This document shows positions 44,389 to 54,480 of a DNA stretch of 64,000 nucleotides, one piece after another. Within the stretch, counting starts at the first letter, position 1. The number at the start of each line of letters is the position of its first letter. The notes beneath the pieces were generated by a model that made no database searches, was not told the origin of the DNA, and worked only from the letters and a program-made list of their open reading frames with translations. Origin of the DNA: Emiliania huxleyi CCMP1516 (lineage: Eukaryota); contig NW_005201223.1 of the NCBI RefSeq assembly GCF_000372725.1, positions 218,602-282,601 on the forward strand. Reading direction: 5' to 3'. The position numbers and the translations under genes were made by a program.

Positions 44389-46065
44389 ATGGCGCTGGCT
44401 GGCTCGCGGCAGCAACAGGCTTCCGAGCGCCTCATGTTGATCCCAGCCACCAAGAACAGCACGACTGGCTACAAGAACGTGAGCTACAGCCGCAGCAGAC
44501 AGAAGTTCAAAGCGCAGGTGCGGGATGGCGGCAAGCGTGTCTTCCTCGGCTCCTTCGCCACCGCCAAAGAGGCGGCCACCGCCTACGCTCGCTCAGAGTA
44601 CGGCCGCGCCGACGCCGCCAAGCTGCTGCAGCCACGCGCTGCTCCCACTACCGCTGGCGCCGAGGCGATACGGCAGGCGGAGAGGGAGGGCCTGACTCTG
44701 GCCAGCAGCAGCAGCAGCAACAGCGGATACAGGGGTGTGTTCCACCACCCGAAGCAGAAAGGCAGCAAGAAGTACCAGCTGAGGGCGAAATTTGGCGGCA
44801 AGAGGGTCACACTCGGCTACTTCGCCACCGCCGAGCAGGCGCCGCTCTTCTACGCCCGCAGGGAGGCGGGCAGGGACACCAGCGATCTCACCGCGCCACC
44901 GCCGCCACCACCGCCACCCGCGCCTTCCTCTGCCGCTGGCGCCGAGGCAGTCCGACAGGCGGAGAGGGAGGGCCTGACTCTTGTCACCAGCGGCGACAGC
45001 AACAGCGGCTACAGGGGCGTTGGCTACTACCCGAAGCAGAAAGGCAGCAAGAAGTACAAGCTGGAGGTGACGTTTGGCGGCAGGAAAGTCACTCTCGGCT
45101 GGTTCGCCACCGCCGAGCAGGCGGCGCTCTTCTGCGCCCGCAGGGAGGCGGGCAGGGATATGGTTGCGCTCTACCCGCCGCCGCCGCCACCCGTGCCTTC
45201 CACTGCCGCTGGCGCCGGGGCAGTCCGGCAGGCAAAGAGGGAGGGCCTGACTCTGGCTACGAGCAGCAGCAGCAACAGCGGCTATAGGGGCGTCTGCTAC
45301 TGCCCAACGCGGCAAGGCAGCAAGAAGTACAGGCTGAGGGTGAGGGTTGGCGGCAAGCAGGTTCACCTCGGCACCTTCGCCACCGCCGAGGAGGCGGCGC
45401 TGGCGCGTGCGCGGCACCTGTGGGACACGACCGTCCGCCTGCTCGAGCCGCAGCCGCAGCAAGCACCACCGCAAGGCGCAGCAGGGCCGTCCGAGGCCAG
45501 CTATGAGGAGGAGGAGGACGGCTTCGACCCGGCGGACACTGCCGCTGCCGTGGCTAACTCGCTGCTCTCCGAACCGCCGCCTTCCGCGAGCGAGCAGAGG
45601 GCGGCGAGGCGGCAGGCGCGCGCAGCAGAGCAGGCGGCGAGGGCGGAGGCTGCGGCGAGGGCGGAGGCTACGGCGGGGGCGGGTGCTGCCCCGCCATGTG
45701 ACGACGAGGTAAAGGTGGAGGCGGAGGTGGAGAGCGGTAGCGAGGAGGAGTCGGAGATGGAGGTGGAGGCGGCTGCCGCAGTTGCGGGCGTGTCCGCGGC
45801 TACAGCAGTAGCGGAGGAGGCCCTCGAGTGCGTCATTTGCTTGGACGACCTCAGCGCACACCCCGAGGCGCGCCTGCAGCCGCGCGACCCGAGCGGCTGG
45901 GGCGCCACGCACTGCTGCAAGAGCCTCTTCCACTACCGCTGCCTGCACACTTGGCTCAACGACGACAGCGAGGTCGAGACGAGCTGCGGCATGGAGCCGA
46001 TCAACACGGCTTGCCCGGTCTGCCGAGGCTTCGTGTCGAAGTCGGCGTCGCGGATGCTACGCTAG
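44389..46065 (+). CDS. Protein with four AP2-like DNA-binding repeats and a C-terminal RING-H2
   Basis: Four (S/T)GY(K/R).V....(F/Y)......GG(K/R).V.LG.FATA.(E/Q)A units; CVIC...HCCKSLFHYRCLHTWL...CPVCR; intronless. Confidence 0.85.
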   Translation: MALAGSRQQQASERLMLIPATKNSTTGYKNVSYSRSRQKFKAQVRDGGKRVFLGSFATAKEAATAYARSEYGRADAAKLLQPRAAPTTAGAEAIRQAEREGLTLASSSSSNSGYRGVFHHPKQKGSKKYQLRAKFGGKRVTLGYFATAEQAPLFYARREAGRDTSDLTAPPPPPPPPAPSSAAGAEAVRQAEREGLTLVTSGDSNSGYRGVGYYPKQKGSKKYKLEVTFGGRKVTLGWFATAEQAALFCARREAGRDMVALYPPPPPPVPSTAAGAGAVRQAKREGLTLATSSSSNSGYRGVCYCPTRQGSKKYRLRVRVGGKQVHLGTFATAEEAALARARHLWDTTVRLLEPQPQQAPPQGAAGPSEASYEEEEDGFDPADTAAAVANSLLSEPPPSASEQRAARRQARAAEQAARAEAAARAEATAGAGAAPPCDDEVKVEAEVESGSEEESEMEVEAAAAVAGVSAATAVAEEALECVICLDDLSAHPEARLQPRDPSGWGATHCCKSLFHYRCLHTWLNDDSEVETSCGMEPINTACPVCRGFVSKSASRMLR

Positions 46066-46279
46066 AAGCCAAATCGTTTTCTTGTTCTTGCGAAATTCTT
46101 TTTACTGAATTCCGGGAGTTTTGTTGTAAAGAAAAATAAAAAAGAAGCAGGGATGGAGTTGGAGTTTTGTTGTAAAACGAGGAGGCAGCGAAAATTCTTT
46201 TTGCCCTCCGCGCCGGGTTTTTGCTCTGGGGGGTAGATGCCCACGCCCGGGGCCCTGCCCTTGGCGTGCCTACGCGCGC

Positions 46280-48073
46280 GTGCACGCCTTCTACCAGCTG
46301 TGCCGCTTCACGTCGCCACCGGAGCCGACGCTTTTCATTGCGCTACAGGCGCCGTTCGTCCTCGCCGCTCTCGTGCGGCCATCAAAGGCCACGCTCATCG
46401 GCTCCGCCGTGACGAACTGGTGCACCATCGCATGGCATCTGCCTGCAGTCGTCGACATGGACTGGTGGGCGATGAACACGGACGCGGCCGTCATTCTCGC
46501 GCTCCTCCTCGTGAGCGGCGACATCGCCTTCATCTCGCACGTGATTCGAATCCAGATGGCAATATTTTACGCGGCGAGCGGGCTGTGGAAGGCGAATGTG
46601 GACCACTCGGATCCGCGGCTGTCGTGCTCGTCGCTCATGCTCGTGCAGATTCTCTGCGGCTGGCTGCCCGAGCCGCTCCTCGCCAAATCGCTCGTCTTGC
46701 TCGTCGCCACCACCGCACCGCACATTACGCTCATCGTCGAGTGCGGCATTCCGATTCTGCTGCTCAGCCCATCGCGGACGGCGTGGCGCCTCGGCGTGGC
46801 GCTCGCGCTCGCGCTGCACCTGGGGATCATGGCCGCGCCGCTTCCCCTCTCCATCGCAGACTTTGGCGCCCTGTCCGCCTCGCGCCTCTTCTGGGTCACT
46901 CCGCACGCGAGCGTGCGCGCCGTGGCAGAGGTGGAGGCGGCTTTGAGCTTGCACGGCGGCGAGGCGTCGCGCGGCGTCGCCCTCGGCGCGGCGCTCGTCG
47001 TGGGCGTGACCGCGACCGTGTGCGCGGTGCACGGCTCATGCGAGCGCGTCGTCGCCAACCTCGCCTACAGCGCGCTCGCGGCGCTCACGCTCCGCACCCT
47101 CGTCCTCGATGACGACGCGCCGCCTCCCACTTCCAACAAGGCAAGGGCGGCGCCGCCGGTGCTGCCGGCGCCGCCGCCGCTGCCGCCGCTGCCGCCGCTG
47201 CCGCCGCGTGCCCGACGCACACTCGCGTGGGCGCTGATCGGCGGCGCGGCCTTCTACGCGTTCGGCATGCCCATGCTCGGGCTGATCGACGTGGGTGGCT
47301 GCACGATGTTCTCGCACATCAAGCAGCACGGCGGCTCCAGCCACGCCTTCCTCCCAACCGGACTCATCCAGCGCTGGCTGGCGCATCGCAGCCCGGCCGA
47401 CGGCGCGCTCGGCCCGCTGCGCGACCTGGCGGGCGGCGTAGTGCGCGTCGAGCGCTCGACCTCTCGCTTCCTCAACGCCATCTACCCGGGCGAGACGCTC
47501 GAGTTCGAGCCGGAGCCGCTCGTGCGCCACACGCTGCACTCGGTTGGCCACGAGGGGAGGCTATTCACGCACCAGGGCGCGCGCGCTCGCAACCTGCGTG
47601 GCAAGAACATGGGCGTCGGCGGCGGGCTCACCGGCCTCGGTATCGGCTACATTATGGTGCAACGGTCCAACGGCGCCCACGGCCGGCCGTTTACGCGGTA
47701 CACGCTGCCGACGCTCGAGGTGCGGATGATGCTCGAGGCGATGAGAGAGCGCAACGAGAGCTTTGAGCTCGTGTACACGCGCATCGCCGGCGCGCCGCCA
47801 CTCGACGACCACGCCGCCGCCGAGGAGTGGCGCGCGTCGGGGTGCGGGACCCGCGTCCGCCTGCGCGAGGCCGATGGCGTGCGCGACTGCTCGGCCGTCG
47901 ACACGTGCGCCGCCGGCGGCTGGTTCGTCCGGTGGGCGGCGCGGCGAGCTTGCGCCGAGGACGAGCTTGCTGTGCTGGCGACGCCGCCTGGCTGGCTCGC
48001 CCGCAAGCTCCTCCTCGCCAACCCGTACCCCATCCTTCAGCCCGCGGGAAGGTACTGCGGAAGTAGCGGCTAA
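46280..48073 (+). CDS. HTTM-like multi-pass membrane protein; start uncertain (nearest ATG at 46237 is out of frame)
   Basis: RIQMAIFYAASGLWKAN, LIVECGIPILL, ALHLGIM and TMFSHI resemble HTTM/VKD-carboxylase N-terminal membrane motifs. Confidence 0.55.
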   Translation: MHAFYQLCRFTSPPEPTLFIALQAPFVLAALVRPSKATLIGSAVTNWCTIAWHLPAVVDMDWWAMNTDAAVILALLLVSGDIAFISHVIRIQMAIFYAASGLWKANVDHSDPRLSCSSLMLVQILCGWLPEPLLAKSLVLLVATTAPHITLIVECGIPILLLSPSRTAWRLGVALALALHLGIMAAPLPLSIADFGALSASRLFWVTPHASVRAVAEVEAALSLHGGEASRGVALGAALVVGVTATVCAVHGSCERVVANLAYSALAALTLRTLVLDDDAPPPTSNKARAAPPVLPAPPPLPPLPPLPPRARRTLAWALIGGAAFYAFGMPMLGLIDVGGCTMFSHIKQHGGSSHAFLPTGLIQRWLAHRSPADGALGPLRDLAGGVVRVERSTSRFLNAIYPGETLEFEPEPLVRHTLHSVGHEGRLFTHQGARARNLRGKNMGVGGGLTGLGIGYIMVQRSNGAHGRPFTRYTLPTLEVRMMLEAMRERNESFELVYTRIAGAPPLDDHAAAEEWRASGCGTRVRLREADGVRDCSAVDTCAAGGWFVRWAARRACAEDELAVLATPPGWLARKLLLANPYPILQPAGRYCGSSG

Positions 48074-48219
48074 TTCGAGGTGCGTGTCTGGAGAGTGTGA
48101 GTCGTGGATCCAACGGCAGGTCGTCCGCTTCCCACCCGCGGCGGGTTTCGTCTTCTTTTCGGCGAGGTTTCTTTTCAGCTTTTGCGTGCTGCGCGAGGCG
48201 TGAGGCTGAGGGAGGGTGT

Positions 48220-48377
48220 CTAGAGGATGTAGAGTGTAGAGCGCTGTAGGAGCTCGTAGAGCTGTAGAGATGTAGAGCGCTCTGGAGCGCTGTAGAGCTG
48301 TAGAGCTCTACATCCGGCGCGTGACGATGTGAGTCCGATGTAGAGCGATGTAGAGCGCGATTTTGCTGTAGTAGAGT
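48220..48377. repeat. Degenerate (TGTAGAGC)n simple repeat
   Basis: More than 10 TGTAGAG units. Confidence 0.8.
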
Positions 48378-49310
48378 TCAGTGTGGTCAGCAAGCAGGAA
48401 ATGCCAAAAAACCCGGGTAAAACCCGAAAATACACCCGCGGGGTTTTTCAGGTCTTTTCGGGTATTACCCGCACTGGACGCTGGAGATCGTCGTGGGTCA
48501 CTGGTAGGCCTTCCTTGTTGTTGTTCAGCTGGCCCTCTCCCGCCACGCACTCCGTCAGAGCCCTCTCCCCTCTTGCACAACAGGAATTTTGACAATTAAC
48601 CCCCCCCCCCCCCCCCCCGCAGAGGAGGGACACAACACAGAACAAAACGATGAGCTTGCTCATCCCGGAGTGGTTCGACCCCACACAAACCCGAGACGGT
48701 GATGGGAGGCGTCGTACGGTGATCTCAGGCCCAGTGAGGTAGTGCACCAGACCTGTCCCGGATCCTGCTGAACAAGCTCCTCTTGTAGCTCGATCGGTCA
48801 CACCGCCATCGCCGTCGGGGAGAGGGGGGACGACACTGCTCTGGCAGCGTGCACCTCGATCCTGTACCGTGTTTGTTATGACCCCCTCAATGAACACACC
48901 AGTGAGGGAGGGCGAGACGATCGAGGGGTCCCGTACCATGCGGAATCGACCCTATCCCCAGTGCTCAAGTGCTCAAGCTGGCCTAACGAGTAACGTTAGC
49001 TACTGTTGTTGGGAGCCCAACTGTTGTTCTGTTGTTACTGTTAACACTAGCAACACTGTTCAGCTCTTAACGTTTGACAGCTCTATATGTGGGTAGCGCA
49101 TGGGGCAGGGTGGGTAGCAACCCTCGGCGAGACCACACACCCCACCTTCTCGCTTCTGTCAGACCACGCCAGGTATGACTCTGACCGTGCAGACCGTGCG
49201 CAGACGACCACGCAAAAAGTTAGAACCCGCGCTAGGTCTCGGGTTTGACGGATGACCCATGTGTGAGTGTTAGAGTTGTTTGGTATTGCTAAAAATCTCT
49301 CTCTCCCATG

Positions 49311-50150
49311 GAGCGGCCGCACATTGCTCGGTACCCCCCCTGCACATCTAAAGTCATCCCTGCTGCTAGGGGGGGGGGTCTGACCCCCCCAGCAGCAGAG
49401 CGCTGCTGCTGGGGGGGGGGGTCCCGACCCCCCCAGCAACAGAACGCTGCTGCTGGGGGGGGGGGGCCCCACCCCCCCAGCGGGCGAAGGCATTGGACCC
49501 AGGTTTTCCGGGTCCCACCTATTAGCCGGCGCCCCCCCCTCTGAACTTGACTTTAGTTTTAACAGAAAGCTCGAAGACGCTCTGTTTGCCGGGCCTTCAA
49601 ACCCAAAACACCCTCGTCGTGTCGAGTGCTGGCGTTTTACTAAAGACTTGTGACCATGTGAGTCTATCTTGTACTACCACACTAACAGCCGTGTTAGTGA
49701 GCCACTCACTCGGGCGTCTCGGCTGACGTTGATCGATCAGCGTTGATCTCTCTAGCCTATCGGTCCCCCGCTCGATCCTCGGATCGCTCGCTCACGAAAT
49801 CGATCGACTGAGCTTAACGACTTTTCTTTTGAAACGCGCGCGCGGCCCGTCGCGCGGCAAAACTGTCAGGTCCGCCGCGACGCGTCGCCGCAATGGCGGG
49901 CAGCGACGTGGTGGAAGCCATGCGGCTCGCCCTCAAGCCATTTAATATCCAGCACCTCGCCGACGACTGGAACGCTAACCGTACTTACTTACAGCTGTCG
50001 GTACAGAGATGCCAGCACCCCCTAGCAGCAGAGCGCTGCTGCTGGGGGGGGGGTCCCGACCCCCCCAGCAGCAGAGCGCTGCTGCTGGGGGGGGGGGTCG
50101 GCCATGACTTTAGATGTGCAGGGGGGGTACCGAGCAGTGTGCGGCCGCTC
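49311..50150. mobile_element. Non-autonomous TIR element (MITE-like), 840 bp, 47-bp TIRs, possible 3-bp TSD ATG
   Basis: GAGCGGCCGCACATTGCTCGGTACCCCCCCTGCACATCTAAAGTCAT (49311-49357) against its reverse complement at 50104-50150 (1 mismatch). Subterminal palindromes CCCCCAGCAGCAGAGCGCTGCTGCTGGGGG at both ends; ATG on both flanks. Confidence 0.88.
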
Positions 50151-50903
50151 ATGGGGTCACTCCCGCGAAACTCGTGAACTCTGCTCGTTCTCAGGGAGGG
50201 GCATAGTCCCGTTCACACCCTCTCACTTAGGCATGAGCGCCCGAAACTTGAACGGCGGGCGCCTGACGAACCCGAGGGGGGGACGGGGGCAGCAACGGCT
50301 GCGGCCCCGAGAGTCGAATCGACAACTCATAGTTCGAACTGGCGACTCTCATAATGAAACTTGCTGAAATCGCCCTGTGGGGGCGGCAGCGGCGACCGCC
50401 CCGGGGGCGGCAGCGGTGACCGCCCCGGGGAATATGTTTAGCGACTCCCACCCCCAAGGAAGTTCTGATAGACATGTCCAGGACTCTCTGTGGCTGAAGT
50501 AGCGTGTGCGTCGAACGAAGCCACAAGAGGGCTGGCTACGTCGGAGAATTGGGTGGGGGGTGGGGGTTTCGCGTATTTTGTTTTCTTAATAGTTCTGGTC
50601 CCCAAGGGACATCATCAAAGGAGGGGGCATGGCCATCTCCCCCTCCTCCTGCCCGCAATCGGCCCGCGGCGCGTGCAAGCCGCAGGGCCCCCACTCTGCG
50701 CAGGAACTAGCCGGCTGGGGCAGTCGGAGAAGGGGCAACTCCGTGCACTGACGGTCGGCCGTCAGAAAACACGCCTGCGTGGATCGCGTCACACCAATCC
50801 TCGCTACCCAACGCAACGTGTGAGTGTTAGAGTTGTTTGGTATTGCTAAAAATCTCTCTCTCTCTCTCCCAACGCGGCCAAACACGAGAAACAGGCAAAA
50901 AAA

Positions 50904-53900
50904 ATGGTGGAGAGCGACGCAAATCTCACAAGAATGGCGCGGACCGCCGCCACCCTCAACGAGGGCTCCCCGGCTGACGTGCTCGACGCCGGCTGCCTCG
51001 CCGAGATCTTTGGCCGCCTCACCGACGTCGGCCTCTGCCGCGTGCGCAGTGTGTGCACCTCGTGGCGTGCCGCCGCCTCCATTCCGGGGATTTGGCGCGA
51101 GGTTTTTGCGACAATGCACGGAGAGCACGCTCGGCGGTGGGCGCCGTCGCAGGACCCGCTCGTGGACCCACCCGGCGGCGACGAGTGGCAAGTGCGCTGC
51201 GCCCACCGCCGCCAAGCAGCCTCCAACCGGGTGGCGGGGCAGGCGACCTACCGCAAGCTCCCGTACGAGATGGGCCACTCGCCCACCGCCTCGCCCTTCT
51301 ACGTCGCCTCGCTCGCCATCGACGGCCCGTGGCTCGCGCTCGGAGAGTTCGGCGGCTTCCTCACGCTCTACGACCTGCGGGCGAGCCGGCGGCGGTGGCG
51401 GCGGCCGCACGCCCTCCCGCAAGGCTTTGTGGAGAACGGGCGCGAGGACCTGTGCGTGGTGAGCGCGGCGATGGTGGACGCGGTCGGCGGCTGCGTGGGC
51501 AGCCTCGCCTCGGGGAGTGGCACGCTGCTGGTCCGCTGCCTCTCTTCTGGCCAGCTGCTGCACCGGCTCGACCACTCCGCCCTGCTGGGAGGGCTGGCGG
51601 ACGCTCTGCCGCAGCTGCCACCGCTCACCTTTCCAGGAACCTACTTCAACATGCCGCAGTGGCGGACGGAGTGCGTCGTCGCCTCGCTCTGCCTCTACTC
51701 GGCCGAGCGGCTCGGGCCGGAAGCCTCGCGAGGCGGGAGCAGGCAGGGCGGCGGGAGCAGGCAGGGCGGCGGGAGCAGGCAGGGCGGAGGAAGGGCCGGC
51801 GGAGGCGAGCCCGGCGGCGGGCCGAGGTGCGGCGGGCCGGGGTGCGGCGGCCCTCTCCGGCTGATGAGCGTGGCGGTGCTCGAGAAGACCTCGCCGACGG
51901 AGCAGGACCTGACCGAGTGCCTCTCGATACTGTGGCTCCTCCCACCGCTGCCTGTGAACAGCGTCTCTTCACACCTCTAGCTGTGAACAGGTGCCTCTCG
52001 ATGCTATGGCTCCTCCCACCGCTGCCGCGGCCCGGCGAGGCGGCCGCAGAGGCAGGCGGCTCCCGAGAGGCGGCCGGGGAGGCGGAGCTTGCGGTTGCGC
52101 CGCCGCAGCTGCTGCGCGCGCGAGTGGGCGCCATGTCGGAGCAGGGCGGTGTGGTGGCGGAGGTGTGAACAGCGTCTCTTCACACCTCTAGCTGTGAACA
52201 GGCGCCATGTCGGAGCAGGGCGGCGTGGTGGCGGAGGTGCACGCGGGATCGGGCGGCTCGGCGCACGCTGCTCCTCCCCCGAGCTAGCTGCCCCTTCCGA
52301 GCCCCTTCCGAGACCCCTCCGAGACCCTTCCGAGACCCTTCCGAGACCCTTCCGAGACCCCTCTCCCGGAGCCTTCCTGCAGGCGCACGAGCTGCTGCTC
52401 CTCGAGCTCCTCACCCTCCTCCCGCTCGGCCGTGCGAGCCTGCACCTCGCGAGGGGGAGGAGGTGTGAACAGCGTCTCTTCACACCTCCAGCTGTGAACA
52501 GGTGCGAGCCTGCACCTCGCGAGGGGGGGGAGGTGTGAACAGCGTCTCTTCACACCTCCAGCTGTGAACAGGTGCGAGCCTGCACCTCGCGAGGGGGAGG
52601 AGGGCGACTCGAGCGTCGCGGCGCACCTTCTCGAGCCGCGACGCGTACCGCCTCGCCGAGAAGGGCACACCGAACGCGGACATGTCCCGGACATGTCATG
52701 GACGTGCCCGGGTAGGTACAGCCTCGCCGTCGAGAAGGGCGTGCCGTACGCGTCTCTCCAGCGCCGCTCGCCGACCTCGTGGCTCGTGCTGCTCGAGCTG
52801 CCCGTCCCGCCCGGCCTCGGCCACCGAGGCGCCTTCCTCGAGGTCTGGAGCGTGACCTGCTCCCAGTCCGCCGAGGGGCTGCGCGCGCAGGCGGCGGCGT
52901 CGCAGCCACCGCAGCAGGAGGCTGCTTGGCCGGAGAAGGCCCTGCACGCCGCTCCTCCGGCGGAGGCTTCCCTCCTGCAGGTCGTCGGCCAGCCGGCCTC
53001 AGTCAAAGTCCACTCGTCGTTCTCCGCACCGAACCCTCCCTCCTTAGCCCTCCCTCCGTACCCCTCCCTCCTTAGCCCTCCCTCCGTACCCCTCCCTCCT
53101 TAGCCCTCCCTCCGTGCCCCTCCCTCCTTAGCCCTCCCTCCGTACCCCTCCCTCCTTAGCCCTCCCTCCGTACCCCCCCCCCTTCCCCTCCCGCAGGTGC
53201 TCGACCTCTCCTACCCGCAGCAGGCCCTCTGGACGTCGCAGGCGCCGGTGCCGCGCGTCGACTGGCCGCCCTTCGACCGGCACCGGTCAGTCTTCCTCCC
53301 GTACCAGCACCTCGCCCGCGAAGGCTTCTCTACCTACCAGGAAGGGCGGGAGAGGCCCGCGCTGCTCGAGCTCGACTCTGGAAGGCGCATCCTCGGCCGC
53401 AGCTCGTATGGAGCGCAGCCCGACTACTACACCACGGTGGGCTGCAGGGCAGCGTGCTCCTGCGCCGACCTCCGGCTGCTGTGGCACGGGGGTGGGGCGG
53501 AGCCGACGCCGTGGCTGCTGCTGGAGCGGCCGTTACCGACATGGGGCAACGATGGGGAGCGGGTCGTGCTAGAGACTTGGAGGCTGGACCGCGAGCACGG
53601 CGGTGGTGATGGGGAGGAGGAGGAGGAGGAGGAGGAGGAGGGCGGCGGGGGCGGCGGCGAGGAGGACGGGGCGGGCGCCGCTCTTCGCAAAGGAGCGCTG
53701 CTTCGCGCATCGCTTGCGAGCTCCGAGCTGCGGCGCCTCTCGAGCCAGCGCGGCACGCCCCCGCTCGAACTGATTCGGACGGAGAGGGGGGCGCCGCTGC
53801 AGACCGCTGCCAACTGGCGCTGGCTCGTGCTCCTCGACATGACGGGCGTGCACATCCTCGACTTTGCGGCGCGTGGCCTGCCCAGCGGCAAAGCCAAAGC

Positions 53901-53937
53901 GCGCACACTTCCTGCGGAAACATCGGGCGGTCCTTAG
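50904..53937 (+). CDS. F-box protein, multi-exon
   Basis: DVLDAGCLAEIFGRLTDVGLCRVRSVCTSWRAAA..IW F-box. The frame is restored across introns 51917-51990, 52128-52201 and 52432-52571; final exon from 53197. Confidence 0.75.
51953..52571 (+). mobile_element. Four copies of a 38-nt intron cassette TGTGAACAGCGTCTCTTCACACCTCyAGCTGTGAACAG (51953, 52164, 52464, 52534), each flanked by 32-36-nt exon duplications
   Basis: Direct sequence comparison; see findings. Confidence 0.85.
53035..53175. repeat. Intronic 28-nt tandem repeat, ~5 copies
   Basis: Unit CCCTCCCTCCTTAGCCCTCCCTCCGTAC. Confidence 0.9.
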
Positions 53938-54480
53938 GAATTTTGTGTTTTAGCGCGGGCCCCACCGCCGGACAGGGTATATCAATGTGATTTGATCCGA
54001 CACATTTATACTCTCGCGCGTCGCGGCTCGTTTTTCTCTCTTTTTCCCGTGGGGGGGCGTGGGAGTCGCGCACCTCACAGTCGTTCTCGCCTTCCGCACA
54101 TGCGCCGTTGCCAGTCGCGAGACCAGTGCCCGCCGCCCGGCGTCTCGTGTGGAGCTTTTGTTTCTGGGAGCGTTTTGGGAAATTTGCCCAGTGAAGCAGT
54201 GTAAAAGAAAGAAAGAAACCAGACAAGCCAAGGGAGGGATGGGAGGACCACGGCACGTCGCCACACCACACAGGGATTTCAATTTGCCCAGTGTAAAAGA
54301 AAGAAAGAAAGAAAACCCACAACCCAAGGGAGGGATGGGAGAACGGCACGCCGCCAATTTGCCCAGTGTCGTGCGAGGGAGCATGCTTGTAAAATTCTTT
54401 CTGAATTTCGGCGCTCTCCGACTGAAACAGTCTAAGGTGGAACCCAGCCTTCCATGGGTTTGACCGGCCGCCAGAGCTCG

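Noticed and set aside
52432..52603. CRISPR-like repeat-spacer array (38-nt repeats, 32-36-nt spacers)
   Set aside because: Eukaryotic context, no cas genes, and the 'spacers' are copies of adjacent exon sequence.
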